The notes beneath the pieces are model-generated. The model saw nothing but the letters and a program-made list of their open reading frames with translations, was not told where the DNA came from and ran no database searches. Made by a program: the position numbers and the translations under genes. A stretch of 64,000 bases of DNA from Yuukianura sp. NJ FZ-2021 (Eukaryota). Each line of letters opens with the position of its first letter. Position 1 is the first letter of the stretch. Location: NCBI GenBank assembly GCA_046563655.1, contig CM102290.1, positions 6,262,001-6,326,000 on the forward strand, written 5' to 3'. This document shows, in pieces, positions 33,330 to 44,300 of the stretch.

Positions 33330-33760
33330 AAGGAAGGCCCCACCTGAGACCCACCACACAGCGGAGACTACAACCACTACTACAATAACGAAGAGGACTC
33401 TGCCAAACTCCACTCGACTCCAGTAAGAGGACGAAGACCACACCGAAGACCTCAGCTACTGGAAGACAGCCCCACCAACACTCAACGGAGACAGCACCAG
33501 ACTACTGCACCCACCGAAGAAGACTTACGGCACAACTCCACTCGGCTCCAGCAGAGGACTTGAAGCCCCACTACTGGACCCTACACCACCACTGAAGGAA
33601 GGCTCCACCTCAACACTCAGCGGAGACTTCAACTACTTCAGCCACCAAAGAAGACGCCAGCAGACCTCCACTCGGCTCCAGCAGAGGACTTGAAGCCCCA
33701 CTACTGGACCCTACGCCACAACTGAAGGAAGGCCCCACCTTAACACTCACTGCTGGAAGA
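33330..33760 (+). repeat. Degenerate ~129-bp tandem repeat, about 3 copies
   Basis: CTCCACTCG(G/A)CTCCAG...GAGGAC recurs at 33408, 33536 and 33666. Confidence 0.8.
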
Positions 33761-33784
33761 CAGCTTCAACCACCGACTGCCGCC

Positions 33785-34630
33785 ATGGATGAACAGGAGA
33801 CCTTCCCGAAGTATAGCCGATGGACGGTTGGAGGAGTACATCGCGCCTTGATTGACAGCTCAAAGAAGAACCACGAACGACTCAACGACTTCAACACCAT
33901 CTACCGTCAGGAGACATCATCCCCACCAGCATTTAACTCGCCGTCACTACCGGATCGTGACTGCAGCGTAGTTCCAGAAGCCTCCTCTACCCTCAACACT
34001 ACTGCAGCGAAGGGCCCACCTGACTCACCGTCGCGCAAGGGATGCTGCAACTGGATGTCTCCTCGGGGCTTCTCTGGAGCTGGTTCAGGAAGTGCGACAC
34101 AACAATCTAAAGGCAGCTCTTCATTCCTCAAGCGGCCAAAGAAGAAGATGAAGCACGCTCAATATGGATTATGCAGATGTAACCACTTTGAAAACGACAA
34201 CATCAGTCAAATGGAGCAGTATCCGGGCCCAAAGGAACTTCCAATTGGAATGGGATGCAACCGCTCATCTACACTGTTGAAGGGCGACCGGACGGACAAA
34301 TTTCATCTACGACACACGGACTTCGTCACTTACTCAAAGAGTCCTGCTCAAATTGTACAACACCGAGATATCATTTTCTTCATCGCCTCGAAGCGGCCGT
34401 ATGGAATCCTCGACCCAGCTGCTTTCTTCGTCGTCGTCTCCAATGCTGGAGGAGACAATATCATGGTTCAACTCAAGATGGACAAGGATAACCCTCAGTC
34501 CAGGATCTTTTGTTGTTTCCATCCCAACGCGCCCGGAGTGTACGATGTGTCGGTAGTACTGGTCAATCAGCATATCGACGGAAGTCCGTTCCCTATCGAA
34601 GTGTCGATTGATCCTATGGTACCACTGTAA
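33785..34630 (+). CDS. Intronless ORF with a C-terminal filamin-type Ig repeat
   Basis: FHPNAPGVYDVSVVLVNQHIDGSPFPIEV matches the filamin/ABP280 repeat end (P..PG.Y.V.V....HI.GSPF.V). Confidence 0.65.
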   Translation: MDEQETFPKYSRWTVGGVHRALIDSSKKNHERLNDFNTIYRQETSSPPAFNSPSLPDRDCSVVPEASSTLNTTAAKGPPDSPSRKGCCNWMSPRGFSGAGSGSATQQSKGSSSFLKRPKKKMKHAQYGLCRCNHFENDNISQMEQYPGPKELPIGMGCNRSSTLLKGDRTDKFHLRHTDFVTYSKSPAQIVQHRDIIFFIASKRPYGILDPAAFFVVVSNAGGDNIMVQLKMDKDNPQSRIFCCFHPNAPGVYDVSVVLVNQHIDGSPFPIEVSIDPMVPL

Positions 34631-35721
34631 CAGTGGAGAAAGCTGTCAATCAATCTTCTAGTATTGATTGGCAGATTTCTCACTGGAGCACGGGAGAAGG
34701 GAATGAATTAGTTCATTCCTTTTTCGCGTGTTCCCTAATCAGGAGGGAGACGACCCCAGGGTGCTGACTGATCACCCTTATCAGCTGCGAAAAGTTTACG
34801 ACTTTTCGCAATCAACAGTAAAAGTCAAGTCATGAGTAATCTGACGTGACTTAAGTTTCACTTAGTTAGCATTACTAATTCAAATTGTAAGACAAAGTTT
34901 ATGTCTTTTTGTAAGAAAATAGATTAGAGAAAAAGACTAGAAAATTGATGATTTTAGAACTTTGTAGTTACAAAGTGTAGATTAGTTTGACATGTTTATT
35001 AGTTAATGAGTTCGAAGATCATGTTCTTGCATGTTCAGATCTTCTAATCTTTAGGGATAAATAGAGGATCGGTAGTCCGACCTCTTGGTCAGTTGTCCGG
35101 TAGCTTTTACTTAACTCTTAACTTCTAGTAGGCACTCGGCCAGCCTGGCCCTTAAGTCTAAATTAAAAGCATCTACTTTCACTTCTATTCCTTTTCTTCA
35201 CTTCTTTCAACTTCTAACTTCCAACGAGACGCTCCAGCCACCGTGGGTCAACCCGGGGAGTACCACCACCAACCAAAGTCTCCAGCCAACCCAAGGAGAG
35301 GTCGAGAGGTCAATCCAAACATCAGTAAGGGGTAGCGCCAAGGCCAGGCCAAAACCTCAGGTATGTAAAGCCACAGCACTTTACTAGTAAAAGTACTCAG
35401 GTCCTCCTGCTGGGTTATGCCCACAAATGTTTAAAGAGCATTGAAGTTTAGCTACTTTCACTTTCATTCCTACCGACTTCCACCAACCAATCCAAGAACT
35501 TAGGAAACCCCAGGACTAGTGCTAGACTAGTAGGTCATCGTTCTAACATAGATCAGTTAGGGAACAACTTCATGAGAATAGGTATTCCGTTCTCTTTTCT
35601 TTATTATAGATTATCGTTAGATTGATTGATTATTTCTCTATCGCCATTGATAGGCGTAGGAGTATGTAGATTAGATGATGATACGATGATAGTTAGAGTG
35701 AGAGATGGGAGAGGTTTCAAC

Positions 35722-35740
35722 TGGCGACCGTGACAGGATT
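35722..35740 (+). promoter_or_regulatory. Primer-binding site complementary to the tRNA-Arg 3' end
   Basis: TGGCGACCGTGACAGGATT is the complement of ...AATCCTGTCACGGTCG-CCA (insect tRNA-Arg(UCG) 3' end, recalled from memory), directly after ...CA-AC. Confidence 0.8.
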
Positions 35741-36824
35741 GGTTGTCATGGAAGTCGCTATTGTCTTTAGAATTTGTTTTCGGAACAATAGGGATTTAGT
35801 CAAGTAGACGGTAGAAGGGGTCATGGACACCTCTATTCATGCAGTAGTAGGTATGGTGGTAGAAAGGTACCACATTAGTACTGACCGGTGGACTGTCTTT
35901 TTGGGACAATAGGAGATGTTGTAGTAGGCACCCCTTTTCCTTCTAGGTTATTATTTTAGGGAAACGATAAGTTAGGTTAAAATTTTTCATAACGATATTA
36001 GGTTAGATTTCTTCTAGGTAGGTTAACTAATTTTAAGGACTTTTAGTTACTAGACAATTGACCCTCCAAGGGCTAGGATAGGCCAATGGAGTAAGACTTT
36101 AAGTGATTGCAGAACTTGAGTTCCGTGTCCGGAAAGGATTGGATTGTATTATTCCTTGTGAAAAGGACCAGTCGGGTCGATGAGTTGACCTTAGCAAACG
36201 GTGGAATCATGACCGGGCTATAGTTGTGGCTTTGCCCTATAGCTGCTCTTTCGTCGGGTGACAATCAGAAAACTTGGTGAGGGTGGAGTCATGACCTCCC
36301 GAGAGACAGGTTAGTATGTAGGAACAAGATTGGGGAGTGGTCACTTAGAGATATCACGATGGATCCGAAGGGGCGTGGACCCGCCTTAACTGGGCGGTCC
36401 ATCATAGTTAGGGTGTTGATGTAGGTGTTAGGGATGTTCCTTCAGTAAGATGGCTAAGGTAGTAGAGGGCCCAATGGACTACCGAAGAATGTTAAGGCGT
36501 TTTCGTTTACATTTTTGTAAAAGCTGTGAAAGCTTATAGAGCTGTGAAAGCTCACAGAAATTCACAATCCATGCCATCTGACCGGGCCAGTAGCCTAAGG
36601 CTCGTTGTCAATTTTGCTCTGAAGTATACCCCATGCCTCCGGAAGAGGGCATAAGAGATTTTAAAAATTTTTGGGATTGTGAGAGGAACTGGTCTGACCC
36701 TGAACTAAAGCCACATCAGAGGGGTGATTGACCCGAAGATTGATGGGTCACCTACCTTATACAACTTGGACGTTAAGGTTAGGAAACTGGAATTGTTGAA
36801 ATTCCTTTTATTTATCTTCTTAGA

Positions 36825-38207
36825 ATGACGAGGATGATAGGAATTATTTCGATTTGGGTGATGACCTTGATCTGTACAACAACTACAATGGCTACCGTTC
36901 TCAGTTATGAGAACGAGGACACCATCCGCTGTCACGAAGGGATGGAGTACCCTATGAGGAGACGGAGACAAATTTTGGATCGGAGGTGGAAAACTTCAAA
37001 TTTAACTTGGGACGTCAAAGAAGACATTCCCAATACGATGGATTTTAAAGATCTGATAGAGAACTTTGAGTTTGCTTTTCAAAAATGGGAAGAGATTTCG
37101 AATTTTACGTTTAGTCGTAGAGTCAATGAAACTGTAGACATTTCAATTCAATTTGCAAAAGGCTATCATGGCGACGTCATGGTTTTTGACGGTGTAGGAG
37201 GGATCCTAGCACACGCCTACTACCCGAATGTTGGGTTAGGCGGAGACATTCATTTTGATGCAGCCGAAAATTGGACTACCACACCTGGTAGAAAAGGAGT
37301 AGATGTATTTTCAGTTATGGTTCACGAGATAGGGCATGCACTAGGCTTATCACACTCTGAAGTACCAGGATCAGTGATGCATCCGATGTATCATCTCATT
37401 GACAAGAACATGTCTATTGGAAAACGGGATAGAAATGCCTTGCGTGATCTTTATAGATTTAGTCGAAATCTATCGCATGGTAGGAGGGACGCATCCCCTA
37501 CCTTGGATAACTTGATACAAAGTATGTGTAAGGAGAATTTCGAACATGTTTTAAAGTGGGGAAATGAGTTCTTCATTTTTAATGACAACTACCATTATCG
37601 CCTTTCAAAGGGAAAAGTTTCTTTTCCATATAAAGTTTTCAATGCCAACTATTTTCAACATTACCCTCCGAACATGGGAATTGAGTTAATTTTCCGATTT
37701 TATGAGAAAACATTTCTCATTGGTGATGATCAACTCTGGGAGTTTGGGTTCGCAGCAACATTATCACCCGGGTATCCCAAACCAATGACAGAACTAGGAA
37801 TCAATGAAACTAGAGTTATCGGTGTATTGTCATCCCCAAAACGACTGTATTTACAGTTAGAAAACGGCTGGAAACAGTACTATATACATCAAAGATTCCT
37901 GCAAGAATGGACCTACTCACAAGGCATGCTACCCCAACTTACTAATCTCACCCAGGCGTTTAACGTAATTGATATCCATCCGGAAGGCTACACCACGTAT
38001 AATGGTAGCCATATTTTAGATTTTGACACCAATTTGGTCTTACATTCCGTGAAGCCTTTAATGGACTATTTGGAGTTGCCATGCAATTCCGTTGAGGCTT
38101 TGGTAGTGTCAGAACCTATCGGTGGCCTGCCGTTAACAGGAATAGCTTTAGGTAGTACCACTGTTGTAGTCATAATTGTGGTGTTAGTTTGCTGGTTTTG
38201 CACCTAA
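36825..38207 (+). CDS. Intronless membrane-anchored matrix metalloproteinase (M10A)
   Basis: Signal peptide, RRRR furin site, HGD..FDG.GG.LAHAY.P, GD.HFD..E.W, zinc motif HEIGHALGLSH, Met-turn SVMHP, hemopexin-like region, hydrophobic C-terminus. Confidence 0.95.
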   Translation: MTRMIGIISIWVMTLICTTTTMATVLSYENEDTIRCHEGMEYPMRRRRQILDRRWKTSNLTWDVKEDIPNTMDFKDLIENFEFAFQKWEEISNFTFSRRVNETVDISIQFAKGYHGDVMVFDGVGGILAHAYYPNVGLGGDIHFDAAENWTTTPGRKGVDVFSVMVHEIGHALGLSHSEVPGSVMHPMYHLIDKNMSIGKRDRNALRDLYRFSRNLSHGRRDASPTLDNLIQSMCKENFEHVLKWGNEFFIFNDNYHYRLSKGKVSFPYKVFNANYFQHYPPNMGIELIFRFYEKTFLIGDDQLWEFGFAATLSPGYPKPMTELGINETRVIGVLSSPKRLYLQLENGWKQYYIHQRFLQEWTYSQGMLPQLTNLTQAFNVIDIHPEGYTTYNGSHILDFDTNLVLHSVKPLMDYLELPCNSVEALVVSEPIGGLPLTGIALGSTTVVVIIVVLVCWFCT

Positions 38208-38250
38208 GGGTATCCAGTAGGTTTCGTACCTCTATTTATTTATCCTATTT

Positions 38251-38350
38251 NNNNNNNNNNNNNNNNNNNNNNNNNNNNNNNNNNNNNNNNNNNNNNNNNN
38301 NNNNNNNNNNNNNNNNNNNNNNNNNNNNNNNNNNNNNNNNNNNNNNNNNN
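38251..38350. other. Assembly gap (100 N)
   Basis: Run of n. Confidence 1.
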
Positions 38351-41300
38351 AAAATGTAATTTACTTTCTGTTCATTCTCACATTTGCATGTTCATTCTCA
38401 CAAATTTAAGTCGTTTTGCGTCAAAATGGTGCTCGGCATTCCCCTGGGTGCCGTATTCCAACCCCAGATAAAATTCGAGGCGGAGCGATTTATCCCGACT
38501 TTTAAGTCCGCCCTATCCAGATTTAATGGCGATCTATCCACACCAATGAAACTTGGGGTCCTGCAGTACGTTTCATAAGGATTTCAGAAAAACTAACTCA
38601 TTTTCACCCGGCATCGTTCCGCGCGGAGAGTTTTTCGAATGTTTTGTTTTGAAACAAATTTTCATAAATAAAAGTAACGAGATGAGGGACGACACAGCAA
38701 GTGAAAGTGGGTTCCTGTAGCACTTTTTATGAGGATTTCAAAAATGTTGTTGCCTTTTACCCAGCATCGTTCCGGAATGCATTTCTTTTGAATTCTCTGC
38801 TTTGAAACATGAATTTTCATAAATAAAAGGTAACAAGATGAGGGACGACACAGCAAGTGAAAGTGGGTTCCTGTAGCACTTTTTATGAGGATTTCAAAAA
38901 TGTAGTTGACTTTTACCCAGCATCGTTCCGGAATGCATTTCTTTTGAATTCTCTGTTTTGAAACATGAATTTTCATAAATAAAGGTAACAAGATGAGGGA
39001 CGACACAGCAAGTGAAAGTGGGTTCCTGTAGCCCTTTTTATGAGGATTTCAAAAATATAATTTACTTTCTGTTCATTCTCACATTTGAATGTTCATTCTC
39101 ACAAATTTAAGTCGTTTTGCGTCAAAATGGTGCTCGGCATTCCCCTGGGTGCCGTATTCCAACCCCAGATAAAAAATTCGAGGCGGAGCGATTTATCCCG
39201 ACTTTTAAAGTCCGCCCTATCCAGATTTAATGGCGATCTATCCACACCAATGAAACTTGGGGTCCTGCAGTACGTTTCATAAGGATTTCAGAAAACTAAC
39301 TCATTTTCACCCGGCATCGTTCCGCGCGGAGGTTTTTTCGAATGTTTTGTTTTGAAACAAATTTTCATAAATAAAAGTAACGAGATGAGGGACGACACAG
39401 CAAGTGAAAGTGGGTTCCTGTAGCACTTTTTATGAGGATTTCAAAAATGTTGTTGCCTTTTACCCAGCATCGTTCCGGAATGCATTTCTTTTGAATTCTC
39501 TGCTTTGAAACATGAATTTTCATAAATAAAGGTAACAAGATGAGGGACGACACAGCAAGTGAAAGTGGGTTCCTGTAGCACTTTTTATGAGGATTTCAAA
39601 AATGTAGTTTACTTTTACCCAGCATCGTTCCGGAATGCATTTCTTTTGAATTCTCTGTTTTGAAACATGAATTTTCATAAATAAAGGTAACAAGATGAGG
39701 GACGACACAGCAAGTGAAAGCATCGTCTCCGGAATGCATTTCTTTTGAATTCTCTGTTTTGAAACATGAATTTTCATAAATAAAGGTAACAAGATGAGGG
39801 ACGACACAGCAAGTGAAAGTGGGTTTCCTGTAGTACGTTTTTATGAGGATTTCAAAAATATAATTTACTTTTCACCCAGCATCGTTCTCACATTTGCATG
39901 TTCATTTGACAAATTCTCTGTTTTGCGTCAAACATGAATTCCCCTGGGTGCCGTATTCATAAATAAAGGTAACAAGATGAGGGACGACACAGCAAGTGAA
40001 AGTGGGTTCCTGTAGCCCTTTTTATGAGGATTTCAAAAAATATAATTTACTTTCTGTTCATTCTCACATTTGCATGTTCATTCTCACAAATTTAAGTCGT
40101 TTTGCGTCAAAATGGTGCTCGGCATTCCCCTGGGTGCCGTATTCCAACCCCAGACAAAATTCGAGGCGGAGCGATTTATCCCGACTTTTAAGTCCGCCCT
40201 ATCCAGATTTAATGGCGATCTATCCACACCAATGAAACTTGGGGTCCTGCAGTACGTTTCATAAGGATTTCAGAAAACTAACTCATTTTCACCCGGCATC
40301 GTTCCGCGCGGAGGTTTTTCGAATGTTCTGTTTTGAAACAAATTTTCATAAATAAAAGTAACGAGATGAGGGACGATACAGCAAGTGAAATTGGGTTCCT
40401 GTAGCACTTTTTATGAGGATTTCAAAAATGTTGTTGCCTTTTACCCAGCATCGTTCCGGAATGCATTTCTTTTGAATTCTCTGCTTTGAAACATGAATTT
40501 TCATAAATAAAGGTAACAAGATGAGGGACGACACAGCAAGTGAAAGTGGGTTCCTGTAGCACTTTTTATGAGGATTTCAAAAATGTTGTTGCCTTTTACC
40601 CAGCATCGTTCCGGAATGCATTTCTTTTGAATTCTCTGTTTTGAAACATGAATTTTCATAAATAAAGGTAACAAGATGAGGGACGACACAGCAAGTGAAA
40701 GTGGGTTCCTGTAGCCCTTTTTATGAGGATTTCAAAAATATAATTTACTTTCTGTTCATTCTCACATTTGCATGTTCATTCTCACAAATTTAAGTCGTTT
40801 TGCGTCAAAATGGTGCTCGGCATTCCCCTGGGTGCCGTATTCCAACCCCAGATAAAATTCGAGGCGGAGCGATTTATCCCGACTTTTAAGTCCGCCCTAT
40901 CCAGATTTAATGGCGATCTATCCACACCAATGAAACTTGGGGTCCTGCAGTACGTTTCATAAGGATTTCAGAAAACTAACTCATTTTCACCCGGCATCGT
41001 TCCGCGCGGAGGTTTTTCGAATGTTTTGTTTTGAAACAAATTTTCATAAATAAAAGTAACGAGATGAGGGACGATACAGCAAGTGAAAGTGGGTTCCTGT
41101 AGCACTTTTTATGAGGATTTCAAAAATGTTGTTTCTGTTACCCAGCATCGTTCCGGAATGCATTTCTTTTGAATTCTCGCTTTGGGTGCCGTAAACATGA
41201 ATTTTCATAAATAAAAGGTAAGTCCGCCCTATCCAGATGAGGGACGATACAGCAAGTGAAACTTGGGTTCCTGTAGCACTTTTTATGAGGATTTCAAAAA

Positions 41301-44300
41301 TGTTGTTGCCTTTTACCCAGCATCGTTCCGGAATGCATTTCTTTTGAATGTTCTGTTTTGAAACATGAATTTTCATAAATAAAGGTAACAAGATGAGGGA
41401 CGACACAGCAAGTGAAAGTGGGTTCCTGTAGCACTTTTTATGAGGATTTCAAAAATGTAGTTGCCTTTTACCCAGCATCGTTCCGGAATGCATTTCTTTT
41501 GAATTCTCTGTTTTGAAACATGAATTTTCATAAATAAAGGTAACAAGATGAGGGACGACACAGCAAGTGAAAGTGGGTTCCTGTAGCACTTTTTATGAGG
41601 ATTTCAAAAATGTAGTTGACTTTTACCCAGCATCGTTCCGGAATGCATTTCTTTTGAATTCTCTGTTTTGAAACATGAATTTTCATAAATAAAGGTAACA
41701 AGATGAGGGACGACACAGCAAGTGAAAGTGGGTTCCTGTAGCCCTTTTTATGAGGATTTCAAAAATATAATTTACTTTCTGTTCATTCTCACATTTGCAT
41801 GTTCATTCTCACAAATTTAAGTCGTTTTGCGTCAAAATGGTGCTCGGCATTCCCCTGGGTGCCGTATTCCAACCCCAGATAAAATTCGAGGCGGAGCGAT
41901 TTATCCCGACTTTTAAGTCCGCCCTATCCAGATTTAATGGCGATCTATCCACACCAATGAAACTTGGGGTCCTGCAGTACGTTTCATAAGGATTTCAGAA
42001 AACTAACTCATTTTCACCCGGCATCGTTCCGCGCGGAGGTTTTTCGAATGTTTTGTTTTGAAACAAATTTTCATAAATAAAAGTAACGAGATGAGGGACG
42101 ATACAGCAAGTGAAAGTGGGTTCCTGTAGCACTTTTTATGAGGATTTCAAAAATGTTGTTGCCTTTTACCCAGCATCGTTCCGGAATGCATTTCTTTTGA
42201 ATTCTCTGCTTTGAAACATGAATTTTCATAAATAAAGGTAACAAGATGAGGGACGACACAGCAAGTGAAAGTGGGTTCCTGTAGCACTTTTTATGAGGAT
42301 TTCAAAAATTTTTGAAACATGAATTTTCATAAATAAAGGTAACAAGATGAGGGACGACACAGCAAGTGAAAGTGGGTTCCTGTAGCCCTTTTTATGAGGA
42401 TTTCAAAAATATAATTTACTTTCTGTTCATTCTCACATTTGCATGTTCATTCTCACAAATTTAAGTCGTTTTGCGTCAAAATGGTGCTCGGCATTCCCCT
42501 GGGTGCCGTATTCCAACCCCAGATAAAATTCGAGGCGGAGCGATTTATCCCGACTTTTAAGTCCGCCCTATCCAGATTTAATGGCGATCTATCCACACCA
42601 ATGAAACTTGGGGTCCTGCAGTACGTTTCATAAGGATTTCAGAAAACTAACTCATTTTCACCCGGCATCGTTCCGCGCGGAGGTTTTTCGAATGTTTTGT
42701 TTTGAAACAAATTTTCATAAATAAAAGTAACGAGATGAGGGACGATACAGCAAGTGAAAGTGGGTTCCTGTAGCACTTTTTATGAGGATTTCAAAAATGT
42801 TGTTGCCTTTTACCCAGCATCGTTCCGGAATGCATTTCTTTTGAATTCTCTGCTTTGAAACATGAATTTTCATAAATAAAGGTAACAAGATGAGGGACGA
42901 CACAGCAAGTGAAAGTGGGTTCCTGTAGCACTTTTTATGAGGATTTCAAAAATGTAGTTGACTTTTACCCAGCATCGTTCCGGAATGCATTTCTTTTGAA
43001 TTCTCTGTTTTGAAACATGAATTTTCATAAATAAAGGTAACAAGATGAGGGACGACACAGCAAGTGAAAGTGGGTTCCTGTAGCCCTTTTTATGAGGATT
43101 TCAAAAATATAATTTACTTTCTGTTCATTCTCACATTTGCATGTTCATTCTCACAAATTTAAGTCGTTTTGCGTCAAAATGGTGCTCGGCATTCCCCTGG
43201 GTGCCGTATTCCAACCCCAGATAAAATTCGAGGCGGAGCGATTTATCCCGACTTTTAAGTCCGCCCTATCCAGATTTAATGGCGATCTATCCACACCAAT
43301 GAAACTTGGGGTCCTGCAGTACGTTTCATAAGGATTTCAGAAAACTAACTCATTTTCACCCGGCATCGTTCCGCGCGGAGGTTTTTCGAATGTTTTGTTT
43401 TGAAACAAATTTTCATAAATAAAAGTAACGAGATGAGGGACGACACAGCAAGTGAAAGTGGGTTCCTGTAGCACTTTTTATGAGGATTTCAAAAATGTTG
43501 TTGCCTTTTACCCAGCATCGTTCCGGAATGCATTTCTTTTGAATTCTCTGCTTTGAAACATGAATTTTCATAAATAAAGGTAACAAGATGAGGGACGACA
43601 CAGCAAGTGAAAGTGGGTTCCTGTAGCACTTTTTATGAGGATTTCAAAAATGTAGTTGACTTTTACCCAGCATCGTTCCGGAATGCATTTCTTTTGAATT
43701 CTCTGTTTTGAAACATGAATTTTCATAAATAAAGGTAACAAGATGAGGGACGACACAGCAAGTGAAAGTGGGTTCCTGTAGCCCTTTTTATGAGGATTTC
43801 AAAAATATAATTTACTTTCTGTTCATTCTCACATTTGCATGTTCATTCTCACAAATTTAAGTCGTTTTGCGTCAAAATGGTGCTCGGCATTCCCCTGGGT
43901 GCCGTATTCCAACCCCAGATAAAATTCGAGGCGGAGCGATTTATCCCGACTTTTAAGTCCGCCCTATCCAGATTTAATGGCGATCTATCCACACCAATGA
44001 AACTTGGGGTCCTGCAGTACGTTTCATAAGGATTTCAGAAAACTAACTCATTTTCACCCGGCATCGTTCCGCGCGGAGGTTTTTCGAATGTTCTGTTTTG
44101 AAACAAATTTTCATAAATAAAAGTAACGAGATGAGGGACGATACAGCAAGTGAAAGTGGGTTCCTGTAGCACTTTTTATGAGGATTTCAAAAATGTTGTT
44201 GCCTTTTACCCAGCATCGTTCCGGAATGCATTTCTTTTGAATTCTCTGCTTTGAAACATGAATTTTCATAAATAAAGGTAACAAGATGAGGGACGACACA

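Larger units (their letters stand above)
33242..38250 (+). mobile_element. LTR-retrotransposon-like element (5' LTR + PBS + leader + MMP), truncated by the gap; left boundary uncertain
   Basis: LTR-type end ...GGTTTCA (35719) two bases before a tRNA-Arg PBS. A matching TGAAACC lies at 33242. TATA-like GATAAATA ~35055 and AATTAAA ~35161. Confidence 0.55.

Noticed and set aside
39700..42320. Chimeric or scrambled satellite units near the gap
   Set aside because: Mosaic patches near a contig end look like consensus errors; raw reads are needed.
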